Assembly (NCBI GenBank): GCA_963771835.1
Contig: CAVYVA010000001.1
Location: 1,077,347-1,141,346 of the forward strand
Length of the DNA: 64,000 bases
DNA from: an uncultured Actinomycetota bacterium
GTDB lineage: Bacteria; Actinomycetota; Actinomycetes; Prado026
Direction of reading: 5' to 3'
Shown: in pieces, positions 33,725 to 45,443 of the stretch
Layout of the letters: each line of letters opens with the position of its first letter
Numbering within the stretch: position 1 is the first letter of the stretch
Translations under genes and position numbers: made by a program
Notes under the pieces: model-generated
Told to the model about the DNA's origin: nothing
Seen by the model: only the letters and a program-made list of their open reading frames with translations
Database searches by the model: none

Positions 33725-34231
33725 TCAGTCCCGGACGGCCGGGATCTCGCCCGTCTCGGTGCCCAGCGTGCCCAGCGCCTCGAGCTCACCACGGCCGCGC
33801 AGCTTGTCCCGGCCCCGGGAGACCGCGGCCAGCGTCTTGTTCAGCGTGATCTCGAACGTGGCGAGCTTCGCGTCGACGTACTCGTCGACCTGCTTGCGCA
33901 TCGACTCCGCGTCACCGTGCGCCTCGGCCACCACCCGGGCCGCCTCCTGCTGCGCCTGGGCGTAGACCTCGGTCTCGGACACCAGCCGCATGCGCTCCTC
34001 CTGTGCGGCGGCGATGATGCGGTCGGACTCGGCCCGGCCCTCGTCGACGACCCGGTCGCGCCCGGCGAGCAGCTGCTCGGCCAGGTCGAGCTCCTCGGGC
34101 AGCAGCGCGCGCAGCTCCTCGAGCAGGGCCAGCAGCTCGGGCCGGTTGACGATGCACGACGCCGACATCGGCATCGCCCTGGCCTGCTCGACCAGCCCGG
34201 TGATCTCGTCCAGCTTCTCGTGCACGTCCAC
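33725..34231 (-). CDS. DivIVA-like coiled-coil protein of the mycobacterial Rv2927c (SepIVA) family
   Basis: GTG at 34231. KLDEITGLVEQARAMPMSASCIVNRPELLALLEELRALLPEELDLAEQLL and ...VDEYVDAKLATFEITLNKTLAAVSRGRDKLR parallel the Rv2927c sequence as I recall it. The neighbourhood is the same (next to DUF177/rnc). Confidence 0.7.
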   Translation of the reverse strand: MDVHEKLDEITGLVEQARAMPMSASCIVNRPELLALLEELRALLPEELDLAEQLLAGRDRVVDEGRAESDRIIAAAQEERMRLVSETEVYAQAQQEAARVVAEAHGDAESMRKQVDEYVDAKLATFEITLNKTLAAVSRGRDKLRGRGELEALGTLGTETGEIPAVRD

Positions 34232-34286
34232 GGGCGGTCTCTTCCTCCGGCTCGGCCGGACCGGCGGTGGGCCGGACCCGGGTGGT

Positions 34287-34766
34287 TCAGCGTCCCGCGA
34301 GCCGCTCGCGCAGCCGCGTGGCCACCGCGTCGGGGACCAGACCGGCCACGTCGCCGCCGAGGGCCGCAACCTCCTTGAGGAGGCTGGACGAGAGGTAACT
34401 GTAGGTGGCGCTGGTCGGCACGAACAAAGTCTCCAGCCCGCCGAGGTGACGGTTCATCTGGGCCATCTGGAGCTCGTAGTCGAAGTCGGAGACGGCGCGC
34501 AGCCCCTTGACGACCGCCGGGATGCCCCGGTCTCGGCAGAAGTCGACCAGGAGCCCGCTGTAGCTGTCCACCACGACGTTCGACCAGGCGACGGTGACCT
34601 CGTGCAGCATCTGGATCCGCTCGTCCACGGTGAACAGGCCCGCCTTGTTCACGTTGAACGCGATCATGACGATGACCTCGTCGAACAGCGCGGCGGCCCG
34701 GCCGATGATGTCGAGGTGCCCGTTCGTCACCGGGTCGAACGATCCCGGGCAGACGGCTCTGCGCAC
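34287..34766 (-). CDS. coaD: phosphopantetheine adenylyltransferase
   Basis: GTG at 34766. AVCPGSFDPVTNGHLDIIGRAA...ISSSLLKEV-like SYLSSSLLKEVA. 159 aa. Confidence 0.92.
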   Translation of the reverse strand: MRRAVCPGSFDPVTNGHLDIIGRAAALFDEVIVMIAFNVNKAGLFTVDERIQMLHEVTVAWSNVVVDSYSGLLVDFCRDRGIPAVVKGLRAVSDFDYELQMAQMNRHLGGLETLFVPTSATYSYLSSSLLKEVAALGGDVAGLVPDAVATRLRERLAGR

Positions 34767-34780
34767 GGCGAGGCTCCCGG

Positions 34781-35382
34781 CTACTCGGGGTCCCGGCGTG
34801 GGTCGCCGGACCAGGCGGCGCGACCGTACCAAAGCGTGCCCTCCCCGTACCGGCGGTCCCGGATCGCGGTGAAGCCGGCCGGCCACGCCCACGGGTCGTC
34901 GCGGCTGGCCCGCTCGACCACCACGAGCGCGCGTCGAGCCCAGCCAGCCGTGCTCGGCGAGCAGCCGACAGCACCGCCGCCACGGCGCCGGCCGGGGTCG
35001 GGTACGGAGGGTCCAGGAACACCAGGTCGTACGGTTCGCCGGGGTTGGGTCCGGCCGCGAGCCGCGCCACGTCGTCCCGCACGACCTGCGCCCCGGCGAG
35101 CCCGAGTGCGGCCACGTTGGCCCGGACGGTGTCCGCCGCGCGCCGGTCGCTGTCCACCAGGAGCACCTGCCGGGCGCCGCGCGAGAGCGCCTCCAGCCCC
35201 ACGGCGCCGGACCCGGCGTACAGGTCCAGCAGCCGGGTGCCGCGCAGTCCCGCGGGCGCCAGCATCGAGGTCAACGCCGAGAACAGGGCCTCCCGGGCCC
35301 GGTCGGACGTCGGTCTGGTGGCGGTCCCGGGTGGCACCGTCAGCCGGCGGCCGCCGGCGGTGCCCCCGATGACGCGGGTCAT
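34781..35382 (-). pseudogene. rsmD: 16S rRNA (guanine966-N2)-methyltransferase RsmD; two frameshifts near the 3' end
   Basis: ATG at 35382 (ATGA overlap with the upstream stop). The first piece is MTRVIGGTAGGRRLTVPPGTATRPTSDRAREALF...DLYAGSGAVGLEALSRGA...VFLDPPY. The C-terminus is then split over two more frames: LLAEHGWLGS, then ALVVVERASRDDPWAWPAGFTAIRDRRYGEGTLWYGRAA... with stop 34783..34781. Frame switches are at ~34968 and ~34930. Confidence 0.88.
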
Positions 35383-35921
35383 CGCAGACCCGGCAGCCCG
35401 TCGATGCTGGTCCCGTTGCGCTCCTCGCGGTAGGCCGCCAGGCCGTCGGCGCCGCGGCGCTCGTGCCAGCGCTCCAGCACGTCCCGCTCGGCGACCAGCT
35501 CGAGGAACGGGACCCCGTAGCCGCACGAGTCGGCGATGCGTTCCACCTCCACCACGACGACCGCGCGCCGACCGCTGCGCGCCGGGAAGTGCCCGGCCAG
35601 CTCGTCCCACTCCTCGTCGCCCGCGAGCACCGCCCGCCCGGTCCCGTACAGGCGCACGATCTTGGGCGGCCCGGCGAACGCGCAGAACATCAACGTGATG
35701 CGGCCGTTCTCGCGCAGGTGCGCGATCGTCTCCACGCCGCTGCCGGTCAGGTCCAGGTAGGCCACGGTGTGCGGCCCGAGCACCGCGAACGTGTCCGCGT
35801 AACCCTTCGGCGAGACGTTCACGTGCCCGCCGGCCGCCGGGGCAGTGGCCACGAAGAACACCGGCTGCGCGGCGAGGAAGGCGGTCATCCGGTCGTCCAG
35901 CGCGTCGAACGTCTGCCCCAT
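35379..35921 (-). CDS. pyridoxamine 5'-phosphate oxidase family (FMN-binding split-barrel) protein
   Basis: ATG at 35921. FFVATAPAAGGHVNVSPKG...GRITLMFCAFAGPPKIVRLYG... Confidence 0.75.
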   Translation of the reverse strand: MGQTFDALDDRMTAFLAAQPVFFVATAPAAGGHVNVSPKGYADTFAVLGPHTVAYLDLTGSGVETIAHLRENGRITLMFCAFAGPPKIVRLYGTGRAVLAGDEEWDELAGHFPARSGRRAVVVVEVERIADSCGYGVPFLELVAERDVLERWHERRGADGLAAYREERNGTSIDGLPGLR

Positions 35922-35963
35922 CGCCCCACTGTGGCACGGCGGCCCGAGGCGACGCCGCACCGG

Positions 35964-38234
35964 TCACGCCTTCTCGAGGTACTCCGACTGCTCGTCGTCG
36001 ACGTAGACCGCAACGGCCGCGCGCAACGCCGGGTGGTCGGCCAGGTCGGGGTCGCGCTCGACCAGCGCCGAGGCCTCCTGGCGGGCCTGCTGGATCACGT
36101 CCTCGTCGCGCAGCACGCGCAGGTGCCGCAGCGACGAACGCCGCCCGGACTGCGTGGCCCCGAGCACGTCGCCCTCACGACGCGACTCCAGGTCCACCCG
36201 GGCGAGCTCGAACCCGTCGTTGGTGCTGGCGACAGCGTCCAGCCGGGCGCGGCCGGGCGTGCCCGGCTCAAGGTCGGTGACGAGCAGGCACAGCCCCGGT
36301 GCACCGCCACGCCCGACCCGGCCGCGCAGCTGGTGCAGCTGGGACACCCCGAACCGGTCCGCGTCCATCACGACCATCCCGGTGGCGTTGGCGACGTCGA
36401 CCCCGACCTCGACCACGGTGGTCGCGACCAGGACGTCCACGGTGCCGGCGGCGAACCGCTGCATCACATCGTCCTTGGCCTCGGACGGCATCCGGCCGTG
36501 CAGGACCTCCAGCCGCAACCCCGCGAGCGGTCCGGCGGCCAGCTGCGGGGCGACGTCCAGCACGGCGACGAGCGGGCGCGCCGCCGCGCCCCCGGCAGCG
36601 GACGCCGACCCGTCCTCGTCGAAGCCGTCGGAGCCGTCGTCGGAGCCCCGGTCGAAGGACTCGTCGAAGCCCTCGTCCCGCACGTCGCCCTGGTCGTCAC
36701 CGCCGATCCGCGGGCACACGACGTACACCTGGTGACCGGCCGCGACCTCCTCGCGCAACCGCTCCCAGGCCCGGTCCAGGTAGTGCGGCTTCTCCCCGGT
36801 AGGGACCACATGGGTCGCGATGGGCGACCGGCCGGCCGGCAGCTCGGTCAGCGTGGACACGTCGAGGTCGCCGAACACCGTCATCGCGATCGTGCGCGGG
36901 ATCGGCGTGGCCGTCATGACCAGCACATGCGGGGGCGTGACCCCCTTGGCCGCGAGCGCCGAGCGCTGCTCCACCCCGAACCGGTGCTGCTCGTCGACGA
37001 CCACGAGCCCCAGGTCGGCGAACTGGACGTGCTCCTCGAGCAGCGCGTGCGTGCCGACGACGAGACCTGCCTCGCCGCTGGCGGCCTGCAGCAGCGCCTG
37101 GCGCCTGGTCGCGGCGCCCTGAGAGCCGGTCAGCAGCGTGACGCGGGTCCCCACGTCCTCGCCGCCGAGCATCCCGCGCTCGGCCAGCGGACCGAGCAGG
37201 GCCTGCAACGAGCGGTGGTGCTGCTGCGCCAGCACCTCCGTCGGCGCCAGCAGCGCGGCCTGCCCCCGGAGTCGACGACGGCCAGCATCGCCCGCAGCGC
37301 GACCACGGTCTTGCCCGACCCGACCTCGCCCTGCAGCAACCGGTGCATCGGGTGCTGCCCGGCCAGGTCGGCGGTGAGCTGCGCGCCGACCTCGCGCTGG
37401 CCGGTCGGTGAGCTCGAACGGCAGCCGGCGGTCGAACGCGGCCAGCACCCCGTCCTCGGTGGCCACCCGCGGGACCGCCGGCAGCGCGGCGGCCAGGGCG
37501 CGCCGGCGGGCCAGCTCGACCTGCAGGACGTACGCCTCCTCGAACCGGAACCGGTCGACGGCACGGCGCCAGTCCGGCTCGGTCGCGGGCCGGTGGATCA
37601 GCTCGAACGCCTCGGACAGGGACGGCAGGCCGCGGCGCTCGCGCAGGTCCGCCGGCAGCGGGTCGGGCAGGTCGCCGATCGTGTCCAGCACCGGCGCCAC
37701 GGCCTTGGCGATCTTCCAGGTCGTGAGCGACTTCGTCGCGGGGTAGACCGGGATCAGGCTGCGGGCGAAGGCGGCAGCGGCGTCCGCGGCGTCCGCCTCG
37801 TCGAGGTCGTCGCCCGGGTCGCCGACGAGCAGGTAGTCCGGGTGGGTCAGCTGCCGGGCGCCCTGGAACGAGCCGACCTTGCCGGCGAACAGCCCGTGCC
37901 GGCCGACCCGGAGCTGGCGCTCGCGCCACTCGAGCTGGCCCTTCTTCTTCCCGAAGAACGTCAGCTTGAGCCGGCCGCGGCCGTCGGTGACGACGACCTC
38001 GAGCACCCAGCCCGGGCGGTTGCGCATCGGGTAGAGCCGGGTCCCGGCGACCTCGGCCATGACCGTGGCCTCCTCGTCCACCCGCAGGGCCGACAGGTCG
38101 GTGAGCTCGCCGCGGACCGCGTACCGGCGCGGGAAGTGACGCAGCAGGTCGCCGACCGTCTCCAGGCCGAGCCCGGTGGCCAGGGCCTTGGCCGACGCGC
38201 CACCGACGACCGTGCGCAGCGGTTCCTCGAGCAC
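35964..38234 (-). pseudogene. recG: ATP-dependent DNA helicase RecG; an insertion/deletion pair puts the Walker A segment out of frame
   Basis: GTG at 38234. The wedge domain and helicase motifs (DEQHRFGV, MTATPIPRT, LHGRMP, QLHQLRGRVGRG) are in the main frame. Motif I (QREVGAQLTADLAGQHPMHRLLQGEVGSGKTVVALRAMLAVVDSGG) reads only in the frame of ORF 37130..37564. Frame switches are at ~37400 and ~37260. Confidence 0.9.
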
Positions 38235-38244
38235 GCCGGTCCGC

Positions 38245-39852
38245 CTACTCCACGCCCAGCAGCACGGGGTAGTGCTCCTGGCCGCCGTCGTGCACCTGGG
38301 TCTCCACCTCGGGGTGCGCATGCCGGACGTGGTCGGCCAGCGCCTCGCCCAGCCCGGTCCCGGCGTCCTGCCCGACGATGACGGTCACCAGCTCGCCGCC
38401 CGCGGACAGCATCCGGTCCAGCACCTGCTCGGCGACCTCGCCGACGGTCGCGCCGATGCACGCCACATCGTCCTCGACCAGGCCGAGGACATCGCCGGGC
38501 CGGCACACCCCCGCGGACGTCAGCGCCTCCCGCACGGCCACCGTCACCGCGCCGCGCCTGGTCGCCCGGGCAGCCGCGGTCATCGCCACCACGTCGTCCT
38601 CGAACCGCCGGCCCGGGTCGTGCACGGCGAGCGCCGCGAGCACCTGCACCGGTGCCCGGGTGGGGATGACCGCCACCCGCAGACCGCCGGCCCTGGCGTA
38701 CTCCGCGGCCGCCTCGGCCACCGCCACGGTGTCCCGGTCGTCCGGCAGCACGACGACCTCGTCGGAGTGCGCCTGCTGGACCGCCAGCAGGACGTCGCGC
38801 GTAGCCGGCCGCCGGCCCGGCGAACCGGCCGCGGACTCGACCACCAGCGCGCCGCACGCCAGGGCGAGCTCGGCCAGGCCGCGTCCCGGGAGCAGGGCGA
38901 CCACGGTTCTGGTCCCCGGCGCCCGGGCGGCCTGCTGCCGGGCGACCTGCTCCCCGAAGTGCGTGACCTTGATCCGGTACGGGCGTCCGGCCCGTACCCC
39001 GGCCTCGATCGCGGCGCCGACGTCGTCGACGTGGACGTGGACGTTCCACAGTCCGTCGCCACCGACGACCAGCAGCGAGTCGCCGAGCCCGGCCAGGCTC
39101 GCCTTGAGGCCGTTGGTGGCCTGCTCGTCGGCCTCCAGCAGGAACATCACCTCGAACGCCGGGCCGCCCCGGTACGCATCTGCGGCCCCGGCGAGCGGCG
39201 CCGTGAGCTGGGGCTGTGCCATCCGGGACGGCGCCGCGGCGGGGCGCTGCCCGGTCATGGTCTGGACGAGGGCGTCCAGCACGACGGTCAGGCCACGGCC
39301 ACCCGCGTCCACCACGCCGGCCGCACGGAGCACGTCGAGCAGCTCAGGGGTGCGTTCGAGGGCCTGGTGGGCGCCGTGGGCAGCGGCCCTGACCACCTCG
39401 GCGGTGCCACCCTCGGTCGCGCGGGCCGACTCGGCCGCGACCCGGGCCACGGTCAGGATCGTCCCCTCGACCGGCTGGGCCACTGCGGCGTACCCGGACC
39501 GCGCCGCATGCTCCAGCGCCGTGCGCAGGGCCTCGGCCGGGTCGGTCCCGGCGCGGGTCCCGACGAGGGCGTCAACGGCGCCCCTGAGCAGCTGGCTGAG
39601 GATCACACCGGAGTTGCCGCGGGCGCCGAGCAGAGCCCCGTGCGCGAGCGTGCGCAGGTCGGCGGCCACGTCGCCGTCGTCCGGACGGGTGGCCAGCTCC
39701 TCGACCGCGGACTCCACGGTGAGGAACAGGTTGGTGCCGGTGTCTCCGTCGGGCACCGGGTAGACGTTCAGCGCATCGATCTCCTCGCGGGCACGGCCGA
39801 GCGCCTCCAGGGCGTCCCGGGACCCGCGCCGGACGGTCGGGCCGTCGAGCAT
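38245..39852 (-). CDS. DAK2 domain fusion protein YloV
   Basis: ATG at 39852. [27 protein letters not shown] and a DegV-like C-terminal half. Conserved upstream partner of recG. Confidence 0.88.
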   Translation of the reverse strand: MLDGPTVRRGSRDALEALGRAREEIDALNVYPVPDGDTGTNLFLTVESAVEELATRPDDGDVAADLRTLAHGALLGARGNSGVILSQLLRGAVDALVGTRAGTDPAEALRTALEHAARSGYAAVAQPVEGTILTVARVAAESARATEGGTAEVVRAAAHGAHQALERTPELLDVLRAAGVVDAGGRGLTVVLDALVQTMTGQRPAAAPSRMAQPQLTAPLAGAADAYRGGPAFEVMFLLEADEQATNGLKASLAGLGDSLLVVGGDGLWNVHVHVDDVGAAIEAGVRAGRPYRIKVTHFGEQVARQQAARAPGTRTVVALLPGRGLAELALACGALVVESAAGSPGRRPATRDVLLAVQQAHSDEVVVLPDDRDTVAVAEAAAEYARAGGLRVAVIPTRAPVQVLAALAVHDPGRRFEDDVVAMTAAARATRRGAVTVAVREALTSAGVCRPGDVLGLVEDDVACIGATVGEVAEQVLDRMLSAGGELVTVIVGQDAGTGLGEALADHVRHAHPEVETQVHDGGQEHYPVLLGVE

Positions 39853-40085
39853 CGGCACCCCTTCCGTCCAGGGCCGCATGGGCCGAGCCGCGTGCCCGCA
39901 GGGTAGCCGCGTTCCACCGTCGCGCTCGGGTCGTCGCCTCACCCCGGCTCCTCGCCTCGCCGCTGTGTTGGCGTCGGTGGAGGCGCGTCAGGTACCCTCG
40001 GCGGGCCGACCGGGGTCCCCGGGTCGCGCATCCCGATGCGCCGGCGATCCGTCCGTCCCTGCGAATGTGCTGGAGAGTGTCGACC

Positions 40086-40271
40086 GTGGCTGCCAACTGC
40101 GAGGTCTGCGGCAAGGGGCCGGGCTTCGGCAACAGCATCTCCCACTCGCACCGCCGCACCCGCCGCCGCTGGAACCCGAACATCCAGACGGTGCGCGCCG
40201 TCGTCGGCGGTGCCCCGAAGCGGCTGAACGTCTGCACCTCGTGCATCAAGGCCGGCAAGGTCACTCGCTAG
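40086..40271 (+). CDS. rpmB: 50S ribosomal protein L28
   Basis: GTG at 40086. (M)[60 protein letters not shown]. Confidence 0.93.
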   Translation: MAANCEVCGKGPGFGNSISHSHRRTRRRWNPNIQTVRAVVGGAPKRLNVCTSCIKAGKVTR

Positions 40272-40280
40272 CCCGACGCG

Positions 40281-41290
40281 CTAGACGCTGAAGTGCCGCC
40301 ACCCGCCCGGACCCTCGTACGCCCCTGCCGGTAGCCCGGCGACCGTCACCCGGTGCTGCGCCGAGTCGTCGTCAGCGGTGGCCCCGGCCCAGGCGAGCAC
40401 CTCCCCGACCACCGTCCAACCCTTCGGCACCGCCTTGGCCGAGGGGAACGTCGCAGCCAGCGCGTGGTCCTCGCCCCCGGTCAGCACCCACTCGAGCGGG
40501 TCCTTGCCCAGCGCCGCCGCCGCGTCCCGCACCGGCGCTGCGACCTCCAGCGCCGCGACCTCGAGCCGCACCGCCACCCCGGACGCCACCGCGACGTGCG
40601 CCAGGTCGCCGAGCAGCCCGTCGCTCACGTCGACCATCGCGGTCGCCCCGGCCAGGGCGGCCTTCGGCCCGGCCTCGTACACCGGCTCCGGCCGCCGGTG
40701 CGCAGCCACCAGCACCCGCGGCGACCGGAAGCCCCGGCTCAGCACCGCGAACCCGGCGGCGGACCAGCCCAGCCGGCCGACCATCGCGACCACGTCGCCG
40801 GCCCGCGCGCCCGCCCTGGTCACCGGCTCGCGGCCGTCCAGCGAGCCCAGCGCGGTGACCGAGACGACGACGTGCTCGCCGGCCACCACGTCGCCGCCGA
40901 CGACCGCGGCCCCCGCCCGGGCCGCCTCGGCCGCCAGACCGTCGGCCAGGCCGAGCGCCCACGCGGTCGGCAGGCCGGCCGGCGCGGCGAGCCCGACCAG
41001 CAGCGCGGTCGGCCTGGCCCCCATCGCCGCGATGTCGGCGAGGTTCTGCGCAGCCGCCTTGTGCCCCACGTCCACCGCCTCGGACCAGTCGCGGCGGAAA
41101 TGGACGCCCTCGACCAGCAGGTCGGTCGTGGCCACCACGCGGCCGTCGCTCGCGGCGACGACGCCGCGTCGTCGCCGGGTCCGAGGAGCACTTCCGGGCT
41201 GGACGGGAGCCGCTGCACGATCGCGGCTACGAGCGCGGTCTCGCCGGTCTCGCCGACCGTGCCGCCGCCGGTTCCCGCCATGCCCGTCAT
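40281..41290 (-). pseudogene. thiL: thiamine-monophosphate kinase; one frameshift near the 5' end
   Basis: The N-terminus MTGMAGTGGGTVGETGETALVAAIVQRLPSSPEVLLGPGDDAA (frame of ORF 40820..41341) continues as VVAASDGRVVATTDLLVEGVHFRRDW...AAQNLADIAAMGA... in ORF 40281..41138. The frame switch at ~41170 looks like one missing G. Confidence 0.9.
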
Positions 41291-41352
41291 GCTGTCATCT
41301 CCCGGGCCTGCTGCCCGTGCCGCGGACCCGGTAGCCTCCACGCGTCAGCGCG

Positions 41353-41613
41353 ATGGAGCACAGCGGGAGGCAGATCGTGGTGGTCCAGGCGTACATCTTG
41401 ATCCAGACCGAGGTCGGCAAGGCGGCGGACGTCGCGACCGGGATCGCCCAGATCGCCGGGGTGACCCTCGCCGAGGACGTGACCGGCCCCTACGACGTGA
41501 TCGTGCGTGCCGAGGCGAAGAGCGTCGACGAGCTGGGCAAGCTGGTGCTCGCCAAGGTCCAGGCGGTCCCCGGCATCACCCGCACCCTCACCTGCCCGGT
41601 GGTCCACCTCTGA
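41353..41613 (+). CDS. Lrp/AsnC ligand-binding (RAM) domain protein, stand-alone
   Basis: 86-aa ORF: VVVQAYILIQTEVGKAADVATGIAQIAGVTLAEDVTGPYDVIVRAEAKSVDELGKLV. The start may be an internal GTG. Confidence 0.8.
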   Translation: MEHSGRQIVVVQAYILIQTEVGKAADVATGIAQIAGVTLAEDVTGPYDVIVRAEAKSVDELGKLVLAKVQAVPGITRTLTCPVVHL

Positions 41614-41620
41614 GTCGATC

Positions 41621-42148
41621 GTGACGGGTTCCGAGCCGACCGGTTCCGAGCCCGCCGCGTCCAGCCCAAGGCTGAGCCGCGTCGTGCTCATCGTGTTCGT
41701 CGCCGGGGTGGTCGTGCTCGGCCTCGTCTCCGCCGTGCTGCTGCGGTCCCGACCGGTGCGGGTCGTCGTCCCGGACGCCCGCGGCGCAGCTGCCGACGCC
41801 TGTCACCGGCTGCACGGGAGGTTGCCCGCGACCGTGGCCGGCCAGCCCCGGCTGGGCACCGACCCGGTGTCCGACCAGACCGCGGCCTGGGGTGGCGCCC
41901 CGATCGTCCTGCGCTGCGGGGTCGGAGCCCCAGCAGGTCTGCAGCCGACCAGCGACCTGACCACGATCGACGGGATCGACTGGTTCGCCGAGCCGGTGGA
42001 CGGCGGCTCGCGCTACACGACGGTCGGCCGGGTGGCCGACATCGAGGTTTCGGTGCCGCGGGACTACCAGCCCGCCGCGGACGTGCTGGTCGAGCTCGGG
42101 CCGGTGATCGGTGCCGCCGACCCCGCCCTGGCCGCCCCGTCCCCCTGA
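41621..42148 (+). CDS. DUF3515 family membrane-anchored protein
   Basis: GTG at 41621. N-terminal GSEPTGSEP repeat, one TM (VVLIVFVAGVVVLGLVSAVLL), then a Cys-containing domain. Conserved position before ddl. Confidence 0.7.
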   Translation: MTGSEPTGSEPAASSPRLSRVVLIVFVAGVVVLGLVSAVLLRSRPVRVVVPDARGAAADACHRLHGRLPATVAGQPRLGTDPVSDQTAAWGGAPIVLRCGVGAPAGLQPTSDLTTIDGIDWFAEPVDGGSRYTTVGRVADIEVSVPRDYQPAADVLVELGPVIGAADPALAAPSP

Positions 42149-42170
42149 CCAGCGGCCGGTCCGCGGCGGC

Positions 42171-43304
42171 TCAGCGCAGACCGCGGCGCTTGCGGAGGGC
42201 GGAGCGGATCAGGCGGTCCACGAGGGCGGGGTACGGGACGCCGCTGGCGGCCCACAGCATCGGGAACATCGACACCGGCGTGAACCCTGGGATCGTGTTC
42301 AGCTCGTTGACCGTGACTGTGCCGTCCGGCGCCACGAAGAAGTCCACGCGCGCGAAGCCCTCGCAGTCCAGCGCGCGGAAGGCCACCGCAGCCATCGCGC
42401 GGACGCGTTCGGACACCTCGTCGGGCAGGTCGGCGGGCACGTCCAGCCTGGTCACGTCGTCCACCTCGAGGTACTTGGCCTCGAAGTCGTAGAACTCGTG
42501 CCCGCCGAGGACGGTGATCTCGCCGCAGACGCTGGTCTCCAGCGACCGTCCGTCCGCCGACTCGAGCACGCCGCACTCGATCTCGCGGCCGGCCACGGCC
42601 TCCTCGACGAGCACCTTGGGGTCGTGCCCCCTGGCCGCCTCGACGGCCCCGGCCAGGCCGTCCCAGCTCGCGACCCTGCTGACGCCGACGCTGGACCCGG
42701 CCCTGGCCGGCTTGACGAACACCGGCAGCCGCAGGCTCGACCTGATCCGCGCCTCGGTCCCGGCCGACGGCCAGTCCCGGTCCGGCACGACGACGTACGG
42801 GCCGACGGGCAGGCCGGCGGCGGCCAGCAGGACCTTCATCACGGACTTGTCCATCGCGGCGGCGGAGGCGAGCACCCCGGACCCGACGTAGGGCACGCCG
42901 GCGAGCTCCAGCAGCCCCTGCAGCGTGCCGTCCTCGCCGAACGGACCGTGCAGCAGCGGCAGCACCACGTCGACGTCGCCGAGCACGCGCGGGACGTCGC
43001 CGGGCTCGGACACCATCAGGCCGCCGGAGGTCGGGTCGCCCGCGAGGACGACCTGGGCCCCGCTGCCGTCCACGGCCGGCAGCCGGCCCGAGGTGATGGC
43101 CAGCCGGTCCGGGTCGTCGGCCTCGAGCACCCAGCGCCCGTCGGTGGTGATGCCGATCGGAACCACGTCGTACGCGATCCGGTCGATCGCCCGGAGCACG
43201 CTGCCGGCGCTGATGCACGAGATCGCGTGCTCGCTGGAGCGACCGCCGAAGACCACAGCGACGCGCGGGCGGCCACCGCTTGCCGGTGGTGAGGAGTCGG
43301 CCAT
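42171..43304 (-). CDS. ddl: D-alanine--D-alanine ligase
   Basis: Intact 377 aa: [38 protein letters not shown], and an ATP-grasp C-terminus [10 protein letters not shown]. Confidence 0.95.
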   Translation of the reverse strand: MADSSPPASGGRPRVAVVFGGRSSEHAISCISAGSVLRAIDRIAYDVVPIGITTDGRWVLEADDPDRLAITSGRLPAVDGSGAQVVLAGDPTSGGLMVSEPGDVPRVLGDVDVVLPLLHGPFGEDGTLQGLLELAGVPYVGSGVLASAAAMDKSVMKVLLAAAGLPVGPYVVVPDRDWPSAGTEARIRSSLRLPVFVKPARAGSSVGVSRVASWDGLAGAVEAARGHDPKVLVEEAVAGREIECGVLESADGRSLETSVCGEITVLGGHEFYDFEAKYLEVDDVTRLDVPADLPDEVSERVRAMAAVAFRALDCEGFARVDFFVAPDGTVTVNELNTIPGFTPVSMFPMLWAASGVPYPALVDRLIRSALRKRRGLR

Positions 43305-43339
43305 CGTCGGCGACCCTACCGGGCGCGATACTGCCGGTC

Positions 43340-44429
43340 ATGCCGACCGCGCAGCCGCTCCCGCAGCCCCCGGACCGCCTCGCTCTCGCCACCCGGGTGG
43401 TGGCGTCCGGCCGCCCGCCACGGATCCCGGACGCCGCGTTGGGCGTCCCGGTCACGTTCGCCTCCACGTACGTCGCCGGCGGCGAGGTGGAGTACGGGCG
43501 GTACGGCAACCCGACCTGGACCGCGCTCGAGACGGTGCTCGGCGACCTCGAGGGCGGCTGGGCGCTCGCGTTCGCCTCCGGGTTGGCGGCCGCTTCGGCG
43601 GTGCTGTCGTTGCTGCCCGAGGGCGGCACCGCGGTGGCACCGGACAACGCGTACTCCGGGACGCTGTCCCTGATCCGGGAACGGGTCGACGCCGGCCGGG
43701 CCAAGGTTCGCGCGGTCGAGGTGTCCGACACGGCGGCGACGGTGGCCGCCGCCCAGGGCGCCGACATCGTGTGGCTGGAGTCGCCGACGAACCCGCGGCT
43801 GGACGTCGCCGACCTGCCGACGCTGGTGTCGGCCGCACACGCGCGCGGGGCACGGGTCGTGGTCGACAACACGTTCGCCACCCCGGTCCTGCAACGCCCG
43901 CTGGAGGTGGGGGCCGACCTCGTCGTGCACAGCGCGACCAAGCTGCTGGCCGGGCACTCCGACGTGCAGATGGGCATCGTGTGCGGGCGGGACGAGAGCC
44001 TGCTGGCCCGCCTGGGCGAGCACCGCCGCCTGCATGGCGCCATCCCCGGTCCCATGGAGGCGTGGCTGACGCTGCGCGGGATCCGGACCCTGGCGCTGCG
44101 CGTGGCCCGCGCCCAGGAGACGGCGCAGACCCTGGTGCCGCGACTGGCCGCGCACCCGGCCGTGTCGCTGGTCCGCTACCCGGGGTCGGGGACGATCGTG
44201 TCGATCGAGCTGGCCGGCGGCCGCGCCGCCGCCGACGCGCCTCGCCGCGGGCGTACGGCTGTGGGTGCACGCGACGAGCCTGGGCGGGGTGGAGTCCACC
44301 CTGGAGCGACGTCGCCGCTGGGAGTCCGAGAGCGAGGCGGTGAGCGAGTCGCTGGTCCGGATGTCGGTCGGGATCGAGGACGCCGAGGACCTCTGGTCGG
44401 ACCTGGCGGCCGCCCTGGACCGGGTGTGA
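43340..44429 (+). pseudogene. Cys/Met-metabolism PLP enzyme (cystathionine gamma-synthase/lyase family); one frameshift near the 3' end
   Basis: ATG at 43340. [16 protein letters not shown] and [12 protein letters not shown] (PLP lysine). After ...[12 protein letters not shown] the conserved end [28 protein letters not shown]...[24 protein letters not shown] is in another frame (switch ~44240, stop 44427-44429). Confidence 0.85.
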
Positions 44430-44434
44430 CCCGG

Positions 44435-45443
44435 CTAGGCCGGCGCCTGCTCGGCCTTCGCGTCCCTGGTCATCAGCGAGCGGGCCATCTCCCGCGGAGC
44501 GAGTCCCTCGTGCACGGCCTGGACGACGGCTTCGGTGATCGGCATGTCGACGCCGTGCGCGTTCGCCAGCTCGAGGATCGGACGGCAGGACTTGACGCCC
44601 TCGCAGGTCTGCCGCATCGCCGCGATCGCCTCCTCGGCGCGTCATCCCGCTCCCGAGGTTCACCCCGAACGTGCGGTTGCGCGACAGCGGCGACGTGCAC
44701 GTCGCGATCAGGTCCCCCAGACCGGCCAGCCCGGCGAACGTCATCGGGTCCGCACCGAGCGCCACACCCAGCCGGGCCATCTCGGCCAGCCCGCGCGTGA
44801 TCAACGACGCCTGCGCGTTCTCGCCGAAGCCCAGCCCGACCGCCACCCCGTTCGCGATCGCGATCACGTTCTTGACCGACCCGCCGAGCTCGGTCCCCAC
44901 CACGTCCGGGTTGGTGTACGGCCGGAAGTACGGCGTCAGGCAGGCCTGCTGGACCCGCCGGGCGGTGTCCGCGTCGGTGCACGCCACCACCGTCGCCGCC
45001 GGCTGCCGCTGCATGATCTCCCGGGCCAGGTTCGGCCCGGACACCACCGCGACCCGGCTGTCCGGTACCCGGGCGACCTCGGCGACGACCTCGCTCATGC
45101 GTCGCATGGTGCCAAGCTCGATGCCCTTCATGAGGCTGACCAGCACCGCGTCGGGCGGCAGCAGCTCGCGCCAGCCGGCCAGCGCCGCGCGCAGCGCCTG
45201 CGCGGGTACGGCCAGCACGACCAGGTCGGCACCGGACAGCGCCGCCGCGGGGTCGGCGGTCGCGTGCACGCTGTCGGGGAGCCGGATCCCGGGGTGGTAC
45301 CCGGAGTTCTCGCGGCTGGACTCGATCGTCGCGGCCAGGCCGGGGTCCTTCCCCCAGAGCGCGACCTGTCCCCCGGCGTCCGCCAGCACCATGCCGAACG
45401 CGGTCCCCCAGGAGCCGCTGCCCATCACCGCGGACCGGGTCAC
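44435..45443 (-). pseudogene. gpsA: NAD(P)H-dependent glycerol-3-phosphate dehydrogenase; one frameshift near the 3' end
   Basis: GTG at 45443 (GTGA overlap with the plsC stop). [12 protein letters not shown]...GPNLAREI...[12 protein letters not shown]...[18 protein letters not shown] is followed by [37 protein letters not shown]... in the frame of ORF 44435..44617. The frame switch is at ~44640. Confidence 0.9.
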
